A stretch of 64,000 nucleotides of DNA from positions 12,906 to 76,905 of the forward strand of contig JAZTYY010000005.1 in NCBI GenBank assembly GCA_045637205.1, in the 5' to 3' direction. The stretch is from Eubacteriales bacterium (GTDB lineage Bacteria > Bacillota > Clostridia > Oscillospirales > CAG-272). The notes beneath the pieces are model-generated. The model saw only the letters and a list, made by a program, of their open reading frames with translations. It was not told the DNA's origin and did not search any database. The stretch's first letter is position 1. Each line of letters opens with the position of its first letter. Of this stretch, positions 53,417-61,807 are shown one piece after another. A program made the position numbers and the translations under genes.

Positions 53417-55372
53417 TTATACGTTCATTATAATAGGAAGAATCATTGGTCTGCGCTTGGTTTTTGAATAGAGATATTTTGACAAATCTTCCTTCAATTT
53501 TGTCTTGAGAGCGCTTCTGTCAACCATTCTCGCGTGGTCAAGATAGTTCTCTATCGACTCAGTTGCCGCATCCTTGATTTCGTCCATAAGATCCTCCGCC
53601 TCGCGAACGTAAACGAATCCGCGTGAAACGATGTCGGGGCCCGAAATAAGAAGCTTTGCATTAAGATCAACGCCTGCCACAACAACCACAAGACCATCCT
53701 GTGAAAGATGACGTCTGTCGCGAAGCACGATGTTACCAACCTCACCAACACTGTTTCCGTTAACAAGCACCTTGCCCGCAGGAACACTGCCCACAAATCT
53801 TGCACCCGTTGCCGACAATTCAAGCACCTTGCCAATGTCAGAGATGAAAATATCCCTCTCCTGCATACCCATCTCAAGAGCCAACTCGCGATTGGCATTA
53901 AGATGTCGGTATTCCCCGTGAATAGGCATGAAATATCTTGGCTTTAAAAGTGCCTGCATCAGCTTCAATTCCTCACGGCACGCGTGTCCTGAAACGTGGA
54001 CGCTAACCATTGTATCGTGGAGCACGGTCACGCCGTTTTTTGTAAGCTCGTTAATAATTCTGCTTATCAATTTTTCATTGCCGGGAATGGGGCTTGACGA
54101 GAGAATTACAACGTCATTTCTTCCAATAGTAACTTGGTTGTGATCAGAAAACGCCATTCGATAAAGCGCGCTCATCGGCTCACCCTGTGAGCCTGTCGTT
54201 ACAATTGTGATTTCCTCAGGTCTGAATCTCTTGATTTCCGAAATGTCAATTAAAACGCCCTCAGGAATATCCATATATCCAAGCTCGGTTGCAGCACCGA
54301 CTACGTTAAGCATGCTTCGTCCCGTAATAGCCACCTTTCTGCCGTGGCGCGCGCTTGTATCAATTACTTGCTGAACTCTGTGAACGTTTGAAGAGAAGGT
54401 CGCAATAATAATTCTCTTGTCACTTTGTGTGGAAAATACGTATTCGAGTGATTTTCCAACCTTGCGCTCACTTGGTGTATATCCCTCACGCTCGGCATTT
54501 GTGCTTTCGCACATAAGGAGCTCAATTCCTTCTTTTCCAAGCTCACCAAGACGTGTTATGTCCATAACCTCACCATCAATCGGAGTGAGATCGAGCTTAA
54601 AGTCACCCGTGTGGAAAAGCTTGCCCTGTGGAGTATCGATGCAAAGCGCACACGCATCTGCAATTGAGTGGTTAACGTGAATAAATTCAACGGCAAAATT
54701 TGTTCCGATTTTGATTGTGTCACCCGCGCTTACCACTCTCAAATCAGCATCAAAGGGCAATTTCACCTCAAGAAGCTTGTTTTTGATGATTCCAAGTGTC
54801 AAAAGCGTGCCGTAAACGGGAATATTCATCTCGCGAAGAAGATATGGAATGCCACCAATGTGATCCTCGTGCCCATGGGTGAGAAGAATTGCCCTAACCT
54901 TGTCCGCGTTATCTCTCAAATAGGTAAAATCAGGGATGACAAGGTCAATTCCGAGCATATCTTCATCGGGAAAACCAAATCCGCAGTCGATAACGATTAT
55001 ATCGTCACCGCACTCAATAGCGGTAATGTTCTTTCCTATCTCATTAAGTCCGCCAAGGGGTATAATTCTAACCTTTGCAGCAAAATCCCTTTGAATAACG
55101 GGCGCAAGCTCCCTTTGCTTTGATGCTTTTTTGCCCTGGCTTTGATTTTTAATGAATTTTTTCTCACTTTTTTTGTTGCCCTGTGATTTATTTTTTTCCT
55201 TTGGCTTTTCAAGGCTTAAAGCGGCTTCCTCTTGGAGCTTCGCAAGCTTTTCTCTAACCTTTTGCTTGGTTACCTGCTTCTTTTTGCCGCCTTCTTTTTT
55301 TCTTTTATGAGTGGGGGCACTAATCTTTTCCCCGTTCTCTTTTTTATTGATATTTTTTTCTTTTTTCTTCAA
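53417..55372 (-). CDS. rnj: ribonuclease J with ~95-aa lysine-rich N-terminal extension
   Basis: IIPLGGLNEIGKN, LTHGHEDHIGG, beta-CASP region. The only in-frame start upstream of the core is TTG 55372 (RBS AAGGAA 8 nt upstream). Confidence 0.9.
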   Translation of the reverse strand: MKKKEKNINKKENGEKISAPTHKRKKEGGKKKQVTKQKVREKLAKLQEEAALSLEKPKEKNKSQGNKKSEKKFIKNQSQGKKASKQRELAPVIQRDFAAKVRIIPLGGLNEIGKNITAIECGDDIIVIDCGFGFPDEDMLGIDLVIPDFTYLRDNADKVRAILLTHGHEDHIGGIPYLLREMNIPVYGTLLTLGIIKNKLLEVKLPFDADLRVVSAGDTIKIGTNFAVEFIHVNHSIADACALCIDTPQGKLFHTGDFKLDLTPIDGEVMDITRLGELGKEGIELLMCESTNAEREGYTPSERKVGKSLEYVFSTQSDKRIIIATFSSNVHRVQQVIDTSARHGRKVAITGRSMLNVVGAATELGYMDIPEGVLIDISEIKRFRPEEITIVTTGSQGEPMSALYRMAFSDHNQVTIGRNDVVILSSSPIPGNEKLISRIINELTKNGVTVLHDTMVSVHVSGHACREELKLMQALLKPRYFMPIHGEYRHLNANRELALEMGMQERDIFISDIGKVLELSATGARFVGSVPAGKVLVNGNSVGEVGNIVLRDRRHLSQDGLVVVVAGVDLNAKLLISGPDIVSRGFVYVREAEDLMDEIKDAATESIENYLDHARMVDRSALKTKLKEDLSKYLYSKTKRRPMILPIIMNV

Positions 55373-55662
55373 CTAATACACTTCCTTTCTATATGTAAAT
55401 AGGGGGGATTTGTAAATCTAACTAAAACGCGCAAAAAAGCGCGACCAAAGACCGCGTCATTGCGCGGTTTTTTAAATATTGAAGCACCCCTTGTAATATT
55501 GTATCCGCGGACTAAACCGACCACACCGCATAAGCAATATGTAAGCACTTCTTTTTTCACTGCCTTATCGTCATATTTATTATACCCCAAAACAAAAGTA
55601 TTGTCAATAGAAATGCATTGACAATATTTGTCACGTTTAGACAGTTTTTTCAAAAATTCTTG

Positions 55663-55691
55663 TTGACAAACCGATATTCTTGGTGTATAAT
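55663..55691 (+). promoter_or_regulatory. consensus sigma-A promoter of the abrB-like gene
   Basis: TTGACA 55663-68, 17-nt spacer, TATAAT 55686-91. Upstream inverted repeat ATTGTCAAT-N8-ATTGACAAT near 55600-55625. Confidence 0.65.
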
Positions 55692-55736
55692 TGGACTCAC
55701 CCACAAAAAATAAGTATAAAAAAGGAGCATATACCG

Positions 55737-55982
55737 ATGAAATCCACCGGCGTACAAAGACCCGTTGATAAATTGGGTAGAGTTGTTCTCCCTAAGGAAA
55801 TTCGTACAGCGTTCGACATTAAAACTGAGGACAAGCTCGATATTTCAATTGAGGAAAACAAAATCATACTCGTTAAGTCAGAAAACACATGTATTTTTTG
55901 CGATGCCACAGATGAGCTTGTGAACTTTGAAGGCAAAAAGGTGTGCAAGGCTTGTCTTGAAAAGCTTTCAACACTCGCATAA
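55737..55982 (+). CDS. abrB: AbrB-family transition-state regulator with C-terminal CxxC...CxxC tail
   Basis: MKSTGVQRPVDKLGRVVLPKEIR (SpoVT/AbrB fold), tail CIFCD...CKAC; ATG 55737 with RBS AAGGAG. Confidence 0.8.
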   Translation: MKSTGVQRPVDKLGRVVLPKEIRTAFDIKTEDKLDISIEENKIILVKSENTCIFCDATDELVNFEGKKVCKACLEKLSTLA

Positions 55983-56027
55983 AATTCCGAAGATATATCC
56001 ATTTGACACTTTAATATTATCATACAC

Positions 56028-56057
56028 AAGCCGAGCATTGCTCGGCTTTTTCTTTTT
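56028..56057 (+). terminator. abrB-like gene terminator
   Basis: AAGCCGAGC-ATT-GCTCGGCTT plus a T-run. Confidence 0.75.
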
Positions 56058-56120
56058 TGACGAGCATAAAGCCTTATATTTTTTCACACCCTGTGCAAAC
56101 TAACAAAAAAGGAGTGAAAA

Positions 56121-56939
56121 ATGAAAATTTTAATGCTTATTGATTCAATGAATATCGGAGGCGCTGAAACACACGTTGAAATTTTGGCAACCGAGCTGAA
56201 AAACTTGGGGCATAAGGTCATAATCGCAAGCTCAGGAGGCACCATTCAAAGCAAATTGGAGCACCAAGGACTCGCGTGCCTAACCTTCCCAAAAATTACG
56301 CGCAACATAACGCGCAATTCAACGCTCGCTAAAGCCGCACCACAAGAAACGCGAAATTCAACGCTTGCCAAAGCTGCACTACAAGAAACGCGCAATTCAA
56401 CGTTCGCCAAAGCCACAGCGCAAGAACCGGAGCACCCCCAATTTTGCCTCCCGCCGCGCGCACAAACTCAAAACGCGACGCCCTCCTCGGCGCAAAATAC
56501 ACCCCCTCCCCCAGCGCAAACCACACCAACGTGCGCCGATTCAAATCAAGCGCACAAAATTAACCAAAAAAGTCCGTGGATTTTTAGATTTTTGGCCGCG
56601 CGCAGCGTTATCAACAAAATTATTTGCCGCGAAATGCCCGAAATCGTACACGCGCACACGCGCGCCTGCGCGTTTTTGGTGCACAAAATTTGCAAAAAGC
56701 ACAAAATACCGTTAATCGTCACCGCACACGCGAAATTTTCAATGAATTTCCCCAAAAATCTGCTTTCAAAATGGGGTGAAGAAACAATTGCCGTTAGTGA
56801 GGATATCAAAAATCACTTAATTTCCAACGGAGTGCCAAAAAATCAAATTCGCGTGATTCCAAACGGAGTAAGATTGCCCCTTGACGAAAATTTTTCGTCT
56901 AAAAACACCACAAAAGGAGAAGAAAAATGCGAAAAATAG
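56121..56939 (+). CDS. GT4 glycosyltransferase N-terminal domain carrying a ~95-aa low-complexity insertion
   Basis: MKILMLIDSMNIGGAETHV, PEIVHAHTR, VIPNGV. Insertion of TRNSTLAKAxxQE repeats and a P/Q/T-rich tract between them. Confidence 0.75.
   Translation: MKILMLIDSMNIGGAETHVEILATELKNLGHKVIIASSGGTIQSKLEHQGLACLTFPKITRNITRNSTLAKAAPQETRNSTLAKAALQETRNSTFAKATAQEPEHPQFCLPPRAQTQNATPSSAQNTPPPPAQTTPTCADSNQAHKINQKSPWIFRFLAARSVINKIICREMPEIVHAHTRACAFLVHKICKKHKIPLIVTAHAKFSMNFPKNLLSKWGEETIAVSEDIKNHLISNGVPKNQIRVIPNGVRLPLDENFSSKNTTKGEEKCEK
56310..56426 (+). repeat. three in-frame 39-bp tandem repeats inside a GC-rich insertion (about 56290-56610)
   Basis: Units start at 56310, 56349 and 56388: ACGCG(C/A)AATTCAACG(C/T)T(C/T)GC(T/C)AAAGC...CAAGAA. 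Confidence 0.9.
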
Positions 56940-58567
56940 TCTTTGTTAGCCGACTTGATGCCGATTGCTCACTCGGTGCGCACGTTTTGTGCCACATCGC
57001 GCCCGATTTGGCTAAAAATTTTGACGATTTGAAGATAATTATCCTCGGTGGTGGCACGGAATTTGGAAAAATCAAAAGAAAAGCATCAAAAATCAATCGA
57101 ATTATCAACCGTAAGTTGATTTTCGCTTTAGGCTCGGTCGACTCCCCCACGGATTTCTTTGATGAAAACACTATTTTTTTAGGAGTTTCGCGCGCCGCCC
57201 TTGAAGCCATGGCACACCGTTTGCCAATAATTTTGATTGGAAACGAAGGATACCTCGGCCTGCTTGATGAAAGCAAGCTCGAAATAGCGCAAAAAACCAA
57301 TTTCACCTGTCGGGAAAATGGAAATTTAAAGGATTTTTCAACGCTAAGCACCCAAGTTTACAAGGAAATTTGCAATTATTTTTCACTAAGCAAGGAAGAA
57401 CAGCAAAAGCTAAAAAATTTTTCGTTTAACATCGTCAAAAACGGGTACACCTCGCTTCAAATGGCAACGAAAACGATGGAAATATATCAAATCGCACTTG
57501 AAAATCATAAAAAAAGCAAAGAAAAACTCAAAAAGTCATCAAAAAAAGTAGCAATTTGTGGTTATTACGGCAAGGAAAACCTTGGTGACGAGGCAATTTT
57601 GCAGGCAATTTGCACGTTGCTTGACAAATCCGCGCAAAAGAGCAAAATTTGCTTAATCAATAGTAAAAATCCGTTCAAAATTTTGAAAAATTTGTGGCGC
57701 GCCGACCTTTTTGTTTTCGGTGGTGGCTCACTTTTGCAAAATTCAACCTCGAATGCTTCACTTTTATACTATTTATTTGTAATGCACCTTGCAAGCATGC
57801 TATGTGGACAAAAAATAATGCTTGCAAACGGTGTCGGGCCAATCAAAAACGGGCTGATTTCTCGCAAAACCTGGTTAAGTTTAATTTCAAGAGCCACAAA
57901 TAAACTCGATTTTATAAGTGTGCGCGACACGTTTTCACAAAATTTACTTTCAAGCCTATTGCCAAGCAGAAAAATTCATCTGATACCCGATCCGACCTTG
58001 ATTTTTGCACAAGAAATCAACCAACGGTTGATAACCCAAAACAATGGTGGACATTTTGTGTTCATTCCCTGCTCAAGTGGACTAAAAAACGAGGGGATTT
58101 CATTGGATTTGCTTGCCTCCTCTTTAGAAAAGGTAGCACAATCGTGGAAAATCAACCTCGAAATCGTAGTTTTAAATTCGCGCGAGGACATCTCTGATGC
58201 GTGCGAGCTTGCGCATCGGCTAAAAAACGCAAGGGTCACAGCTCCAAGAGGTGCAAATGAGTTATTCGAGATACTTTCAGGTGCAAAATTTATGATTTCG
58301 CAAAGATATCACGGTGCTTTGTTTTCAGCAATGATGCAAATTCCAACCCTTGCCGTTTCAAACGACCCCAAAATGCACGCTCTTTGCAAGGATTTTGGCT
58401 TGTTTCCCTGCCGAAATACTAAAATTTTGAATTCAGAAGATAAAATTTTAGAAAATTTATCAAGCTTACAGGGGCATCACGTCAAAAACAAAGAAAAAAT
58501 TGCAAAAAGGTGTTGGCAAAACTCGACTTTTGCAAAATTGCAGCTAAAGAAAATACTAAAATTTTAA
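56927..58567 (+). CDS. GT4 C-terminal (Glycos_transf_1) domain fused to a CsaB-type polysaccharide pyruvyl transferase domain
   Basis: KIVFVSRLDADCSLGA...GVSRAALEAMA (GT4 C-terminal half). Then VAICGYYGKENLGDEAIL, FGGGSLLQN, ISVRD, QRYHGALF (pyruvyl transferase). 13-nt overlap with the previous ORF. Confidence 0.75.
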   Translation: MRKIVFVSRLDADCSLGAHVLCHIAPDLAKNFDDLKIIILGGGTEFGKIKRKASKINRIINRKLIFALGSVDSPTDFFDENTIFLGVSRAALEAMAHRLPIILIGNEGYLGLLDESKLEIAQKTNFTCRENGNLKDFSTLSTQVYKEICNYFSLSKEEQQKLKNFSFNIVKNGYTSLQMATKTMEIYQIALENHKKSKEKLKKSSKKVAICGYYGKENLGDEAILQAICTLLDKSAQKSKICLINSKNPFKILKNLWRADLFVFGGGSLLQNSTSNASLLYYLFVMHLASMLCGQKIMLANGVGPIKNGLISRKTWLSLISRATNKLDFISVRDTFSQNLLSSLLPSRKIHLIPDPTLIFAQEINQRLITQNNGGHFVFIPCSSGLKNEGISLDLLASSLEKVAQSWKINLEIVVLNSREDISDACELAHRLKNARVTAPRGANELFEILSGAKFMISQRYHGALFSAMMQIPTLAVSNDPKMHALCKDFGLFPCRNTKILNSEDKILENLSSLQGHHVKNKEKIAKRCWQNSTFAKLQLKKILKF

Positions 58568-58574
58568 AATCCCC

Positions 58575-58603
58575 TTGACAATTACGAACATTTGTTCTAT
58601 AAT
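58575..58603 (+). promoter_or_regulatory. perfect consensus promoter with an embedded LexA (Cheo/SOS) box
   Basis: TTGACA 58575-80, 17-nt spacer, TATAAT 58598-603. CGAACATTTGTTCT at 58585-58598 matches CGAAC-N4-GTTC. Confidence 0.7.
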
Positions 58604-58629
58604 GTAAAAAACGGCTCAAGGGGGTTAAA

Positions 58630-59028
58630 ATGCAAAGCAACGACAAAAGAAATGAAATAATTCGTGTATTTCGTAAATTTGCGCGACTTGGTCTTGATTC
58701 GGATAAATTAAATCCGATTCAAGTATATAAAAAGATCGACGTCCTGTGCTACTCAAGGCGCGCGCGTTTGGATATGCTATCGGTTTACGATACGCTTCGA
58801 ATTTTATGGCTATACGGTGAAACCGACACGCTTGATGCCATCAAGGACGTCTATTTTGAGGGGAAGGCATACCGTTTAACAAAATACGATATCAGTGCTC
58901 GCGTGCTTGCGCTTGCAAACGAAAATCATTGCGATGAAAGAACGATTTATCGCAGACTTGAACGTGCGCGAAATCTTTATGAGAAAATAAGGGAGCGCGA
59001 GGGATTAATAAATGACGATTTGCATTAA
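58630..59028 (+). CDS. 132-aa putative HTH protein (sigma-70 region-4-like C-terminus)
   Basis: C-terminal CDERTIYRRLERARNLYEKI resembles region-4/ArpU-type HTH; RBS GGGGG. Confidence 0.6.
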   Translation: MQSNDKRNEIIRVFRKFARLGLDSDKLNPIQVYKKIDVLCYSRRARLDMLSVYDTLRILWLYGETDTLDAIKDVYFEGKAYRLTKYDISARVLALANENHCDERTIYRRLERARNLYEKIREREGLINDDLH

Positions 59029-59112
59029 TTGACATTTTATTGTATTATTCTACTATTTTTTGCTAATTTCAAAAACATAGAAAACAACAATACTGTTATT
59101 AATTGTAAAAAG

Positions 59113-59229
59113 TTTTCCACACGAACATCCGTTTTCCACAAGATACAAACCGAGATTTTGTTGGGTTTTCCACACTTTCCACGGAGTTTTCCACACTTTT
59201 GTGTGTAAAACTCTTGGTTTTTTTACACA
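59113..59229 (+). promoter_or_regulatory. DnaA-box cluster
   Basis: TTTTCCACA at 59113, 59132, 59166 and 59187 (all same strand). CTTTCCACG at 59175. TGTGTAAAA 59202 and TTTTACACA 59221 form an inverted pair. Confidence 0.65.
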
Positions 59230-59307
59230 TTTTTGTTGAAGACTGTCAAAAATCATTGTTTCATTTTTCTATTGTTGTTTTATTTTATATCTTAAACAGT
59301 TCTCTTG

Positions 59308-59336
59308 TTGACTTTTATTCTATTTTGTGCTAAAAT
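59308..59336 (+). promoter_or_regulatory. promoter of the DUF1273 gene
   Basis: TTGACT 59308-13, 17-nt spacer, TGCTAAAAT ending at 59336. Confidence 0.55.
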
Positions 59337-59357
59337 ATATGAAAAGGCGGTGATAAT

Positions 59358-59831
59358 ATGTCAAAAATTTGTTGCTTCACCGGACATAGATATATGTCCG
59401 CTTTGCCACCCGAAAAAATTGAAATTAAATTAAAAAACAAACTCATAGATCTAATTGAAAACGAGGGCTTTACCGATTTTCGCACAGGGGGAGCAAAGGG
59501 CTTTGATTCACTTGCCGCGCTCACCATTTTAAAGCTGAAAAACAGATATCCCCACATTAAATTGCATTTGATTCTTCCCTGCAAGGGGCAAGAAAAATAT
59601 TTTTTGCCAATTGAAAGGCAAATATATCATTTTGCCATAAAAAATGCCGACAGTGTTACTTACATTCAAGAGCACTATAGTGACGGAGTTATGTTTGCCC
59701 GCAACAGAGCCTTGGTTGACGGCGCCGACCTTTGCTTCGCCTATCTTGAAAAGCTGCGCGGCGGCACCTACCAAACCATAAATTATGCGCGCAAGCAGGG
59801 TGTTAGGACTATAAATTTATTGAAGCTTTGA
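59358..59831 (+). CDS. DUF1273 / SLOG-family protein (YpsA-like)
   Basis: CCFTGHR...GFTDFRTGGAKGFDSLAA..IL.LK..YP.IKL.LILP. Confidence 0.75.
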   Translation: MSKICCFTGHRYMSALPPEKIEIKLKNKLIDLIENEGFTDFRTGGAKGFDSLAALTILKLKNRYPHIKLHLILPCKGQEKYFLPIERQIYHFAIKNADSVTYIQEHYSDGVMFARNRALVDGADLCFAYLEKLRGGTYQTINYARKQGVRTINLLKL

Positions 59832-59889
59832 TTTTTTCACAAAAACAGTAAAGCTCTCAATTTAAATTTTTTAAAAAGGAGAACTCAAA

Positions 59890-60315
59890 ATGAAAAAGAT
59901 ATTGGCAATTATACTTCTCATTTGCACACTTTGTCTTTCAAGCTGTGGAATATTAGAAGAACTCAAAACAGGCATAGACGAAGCAACTGCTCTTGCAGAG
60001 GATTTTTGTAAGGCTTTAGCAAGCGAAAACCTTGATAAAGCAAAAAGTTATTTGCACCCCGATTCCACACCAAGTCAGCACGAGCTTTCTTCTTTTGTTG
60101 CAAAATTAGAAAGGGAACATGATATTGACTTTTCTAACGGCGTATCATTCAAGCTTCGCAACGGAATAAACAGCTCTTATTACAACAGTATGTATGACGG
60201 CAGTGTGCACGAAATAGATTATTATATTCTTGTGGGTGACGTTACCGTAAATTTCTTCTTCGTTGTTGTAAAAAATGATAACGGCTACGGCTTATACAGC
60301 TTTGGAATTAATTAA
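59890..60315 (+). CDS. small lipoprotein of unknown function
   Basis: Lipobox LCLSSC; RBS AAGGAG. Confidence 0.75.
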   Translation: MKKILAIILLICTLCLSSCGILEELKTGIDEATALAEDFCKALASENLDKAKSYLHPDSTPSQHELSSFVAKLEREHDIDFSNGVSFKLRNGINSSYYNSMYDGSVHEIDYYILVGDVTVNFFFVVVKNDNGYGLYSFGIN

Positions 60316-60348
60316 ATAATTACATTACATATTCGGTCACACAAAATA

Positions 60349-60378
60349 AAAAGAGGAGCTTTTGCTCCTCTTTTTTTT
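60349..60378. terminator. bidirectional terminator
   Basis: AAAAAGAGGAGC-TTTT-GCTCCTCTTTTTTTT. Confidence 0.8.
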
Positions 60379-60390
60379 CATTTTTATTAA

Positions 60391-61254
60391 TTATACACTT
60401 CTAAAGCCCTTACCGATAATTTCACTACTTGTTGTAACAACGATAAATGCATTTTCATCAATTTTTTTGATTGCCGCGCGAAGCTTAATTGCCTCATATC
60501 TACGGCAAACGGTGTGAATCATACCCTTCTTTGTCTGAGTATAAGCACCAACCGCGTCAGTAATTGTTACACCGTGATGAAGCTGGCTCATAATATATTC
60601 GGAAACAAGCTCGGGCTTGTCCGTAATAACAATAAAATACTTGCAGGAATGGAAATTATCAATTACGCTATCAATAATAAACGAGTTCGCAAACAAGCCG
60701 ACAAGTGAGAGCAAGCCTCTTTCTACACCGGGGATGAAGAAAAGTGAGCCGCACGCGATAAATATGTTAACGAAAAGCACTGCTCTGCCAACGTCAATTT
60801 TAGCATATTTTTGAATAATAAGCGCCATAATATCCATACCGCCACTTGATGCGCCTGCATAGAAGATTATTGCAGTGCCGACAGCGTAAATAAGAATACC
60901 AACACAAAGCTCCAAAAACATCTCGTTTCTTTGAGTCAAGGGCAACCATTCCTCAGGCACGATATTTTGAAAAACAATCATCAATGAAGAATATCCAAGG
61001 CTGCAATATACCGTCCAAATGCCCGTTTTCTTTCCAAGAAAGATAAAGCCGATAATAAGCATAAAGACGTTAAGACAAATGAGCCATTCGGATGTAGTAA
61101 GCGGAGTGTTGGGAATTGAACCGAGAATGGTTGCAAGACCCGTCATACCACCCGTAACGAACTGATTTGGAACCAAAAAGAAGAACGTGGCAATTGCAAT
61201 AAGAACAATGCCTGCATTCATATACATCCAATCTTTAAATTTGATTTTAAACAT
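60391..61254 (-). CDS. YitT-family membrane protein (DUF2179 C-terminal domain)
   Basis: TM core with GGMTGLA and SSGGMD, C-terminal HGVTITDAVGAYT...FIVVT. Start at ATG 61254 (MFKIKFKD, RBS GAGGAA). Confidence 0.8.
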   Translation of the reverse strand: MFKIKFKDWMYMNAGIVLIAIATFFFLVPNQFVTGGMTGLATILGSIPNTPLTTSEWLICLNVFMLIIGFIFLGKKTGIWTVYCSLGYSSLMIVFQNIVPEEWLPLTQRNEMFLELCVGILIYAVGTAIIFYAGASSGGMDIMALIIQKYAKIDVGRAVLFVNIFIACGSLFFIPGVERGLLSLVGLFANSFIIDSVIDNFHSCKYFIVITDKPELVSEYIMSQLHHGVTITDAVGAYTQTKKGMIHTVCRRYEAIKLRAAIKKIDENAFIVVTTSSEIIGKGFRSV

Positions 61255-61419
61255 AATTTCCTCTAAAAAATCACTCCGTTCTCTTGCAATTGAAGGAAGG
61301 GAGAGAAATAACACAAAATTCTTTTTTGTGATGTTAATTATACAACAAATATTGCTAACAGTCAATCCTTATTTTTGATATTTTTCGAGAAATTTTAATT
61401 ATTTTTTTCACAAGTATAA

Positions 61420-61504
61420 TTGACATATTTCACGGTGTGTGTTATAATACATTTAACATTTAATTTAATTGTTAAATGTTGCAATTAACGTTAAAATTTG
61501 CAAC
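61420..61504 (+). promoter_or_regulatory. consensus promoter plus two inverted-repeat operators upstream of the ArsR-family gene
   Basis: TTGACA 61420-25, 17-nt spacer, TATAAT 61443-48. IR ACATTTAACA-N11-TGTTAAATGT (61449-79) and GTTGCAA-N13-TTGCAAC (61478-504). Confidence 0.6.
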
Positions 61505-61524
61505 ATTTTGGAAAGGTGTAAAAA

Positions 61525-61791
61525 ATGATTCAAGAAACACTTTTTGCCCTTTGTGATCCAACGCGCCGAGAGATACTAAAAATGCTGAAAAAGGGCAGCA
61601 AAACTGCCGGTGAAATAGCCGAAAGATTTGATATCTCACCCCCTGCCATATCTCGTCATCTTTCGGTTTTGAAGGATGCGGAGCTGGTGGAAACGCGCCG
61701 CGAGGGAAAATTTATTGTATACGAATCTAATTTTGAACCAATTGAAGATTTGGACGACTGGATTCGTGAGCTTTTAAAAGAAAATTTATAA
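61525..61791 (+). CDS. ArsR/SmtB-family (SdpR-like) transcriptional repressor
   Basis: LCDPTRREILKML...AGEIAERFDISPPAISRHLSVLKDAELV. Confidence 0.88.
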   Translation: MIQETLFALCDPTRREILKMLKKGSKTAGEIAERFDISPPAISRHLSVLKDAELVETRREGKFIVYESNFEPIEDLDDWIRELLKENL

Positions 61792-61807
61792 AAAAGAGGT
61801 TAATTTT

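Noticed and set aside
55369-55704. 111-aa minus-strand ORF upstream of RNase J
   Set aside because: It covers the rnj leader and the abrB-like promoter, has no RBS, and has no protein-like features. It is most likely non-coding.
56329-56715. Alternative-frame ORFs in the GC-rich insertion (56365-56715 plus strand, very Arg/Lys-rich; 56329-56544 minus strand)
   Set aside because: These frames are open because of the GC-rich repeat composition. They have no RBS, and the GT4 frame is the one continuous with conserved motifs on both sides.
59113-59229. Calling the DnaA-box cluster the chromosomal origin (oriC)
   Set aside because: There is no adjacent dnaA or dnaN. I found no clear AT-rich unwinding element with 13-mer-like repeats. 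The boxes are all in one orientation. It is reported only as a DnaA-box cluster.
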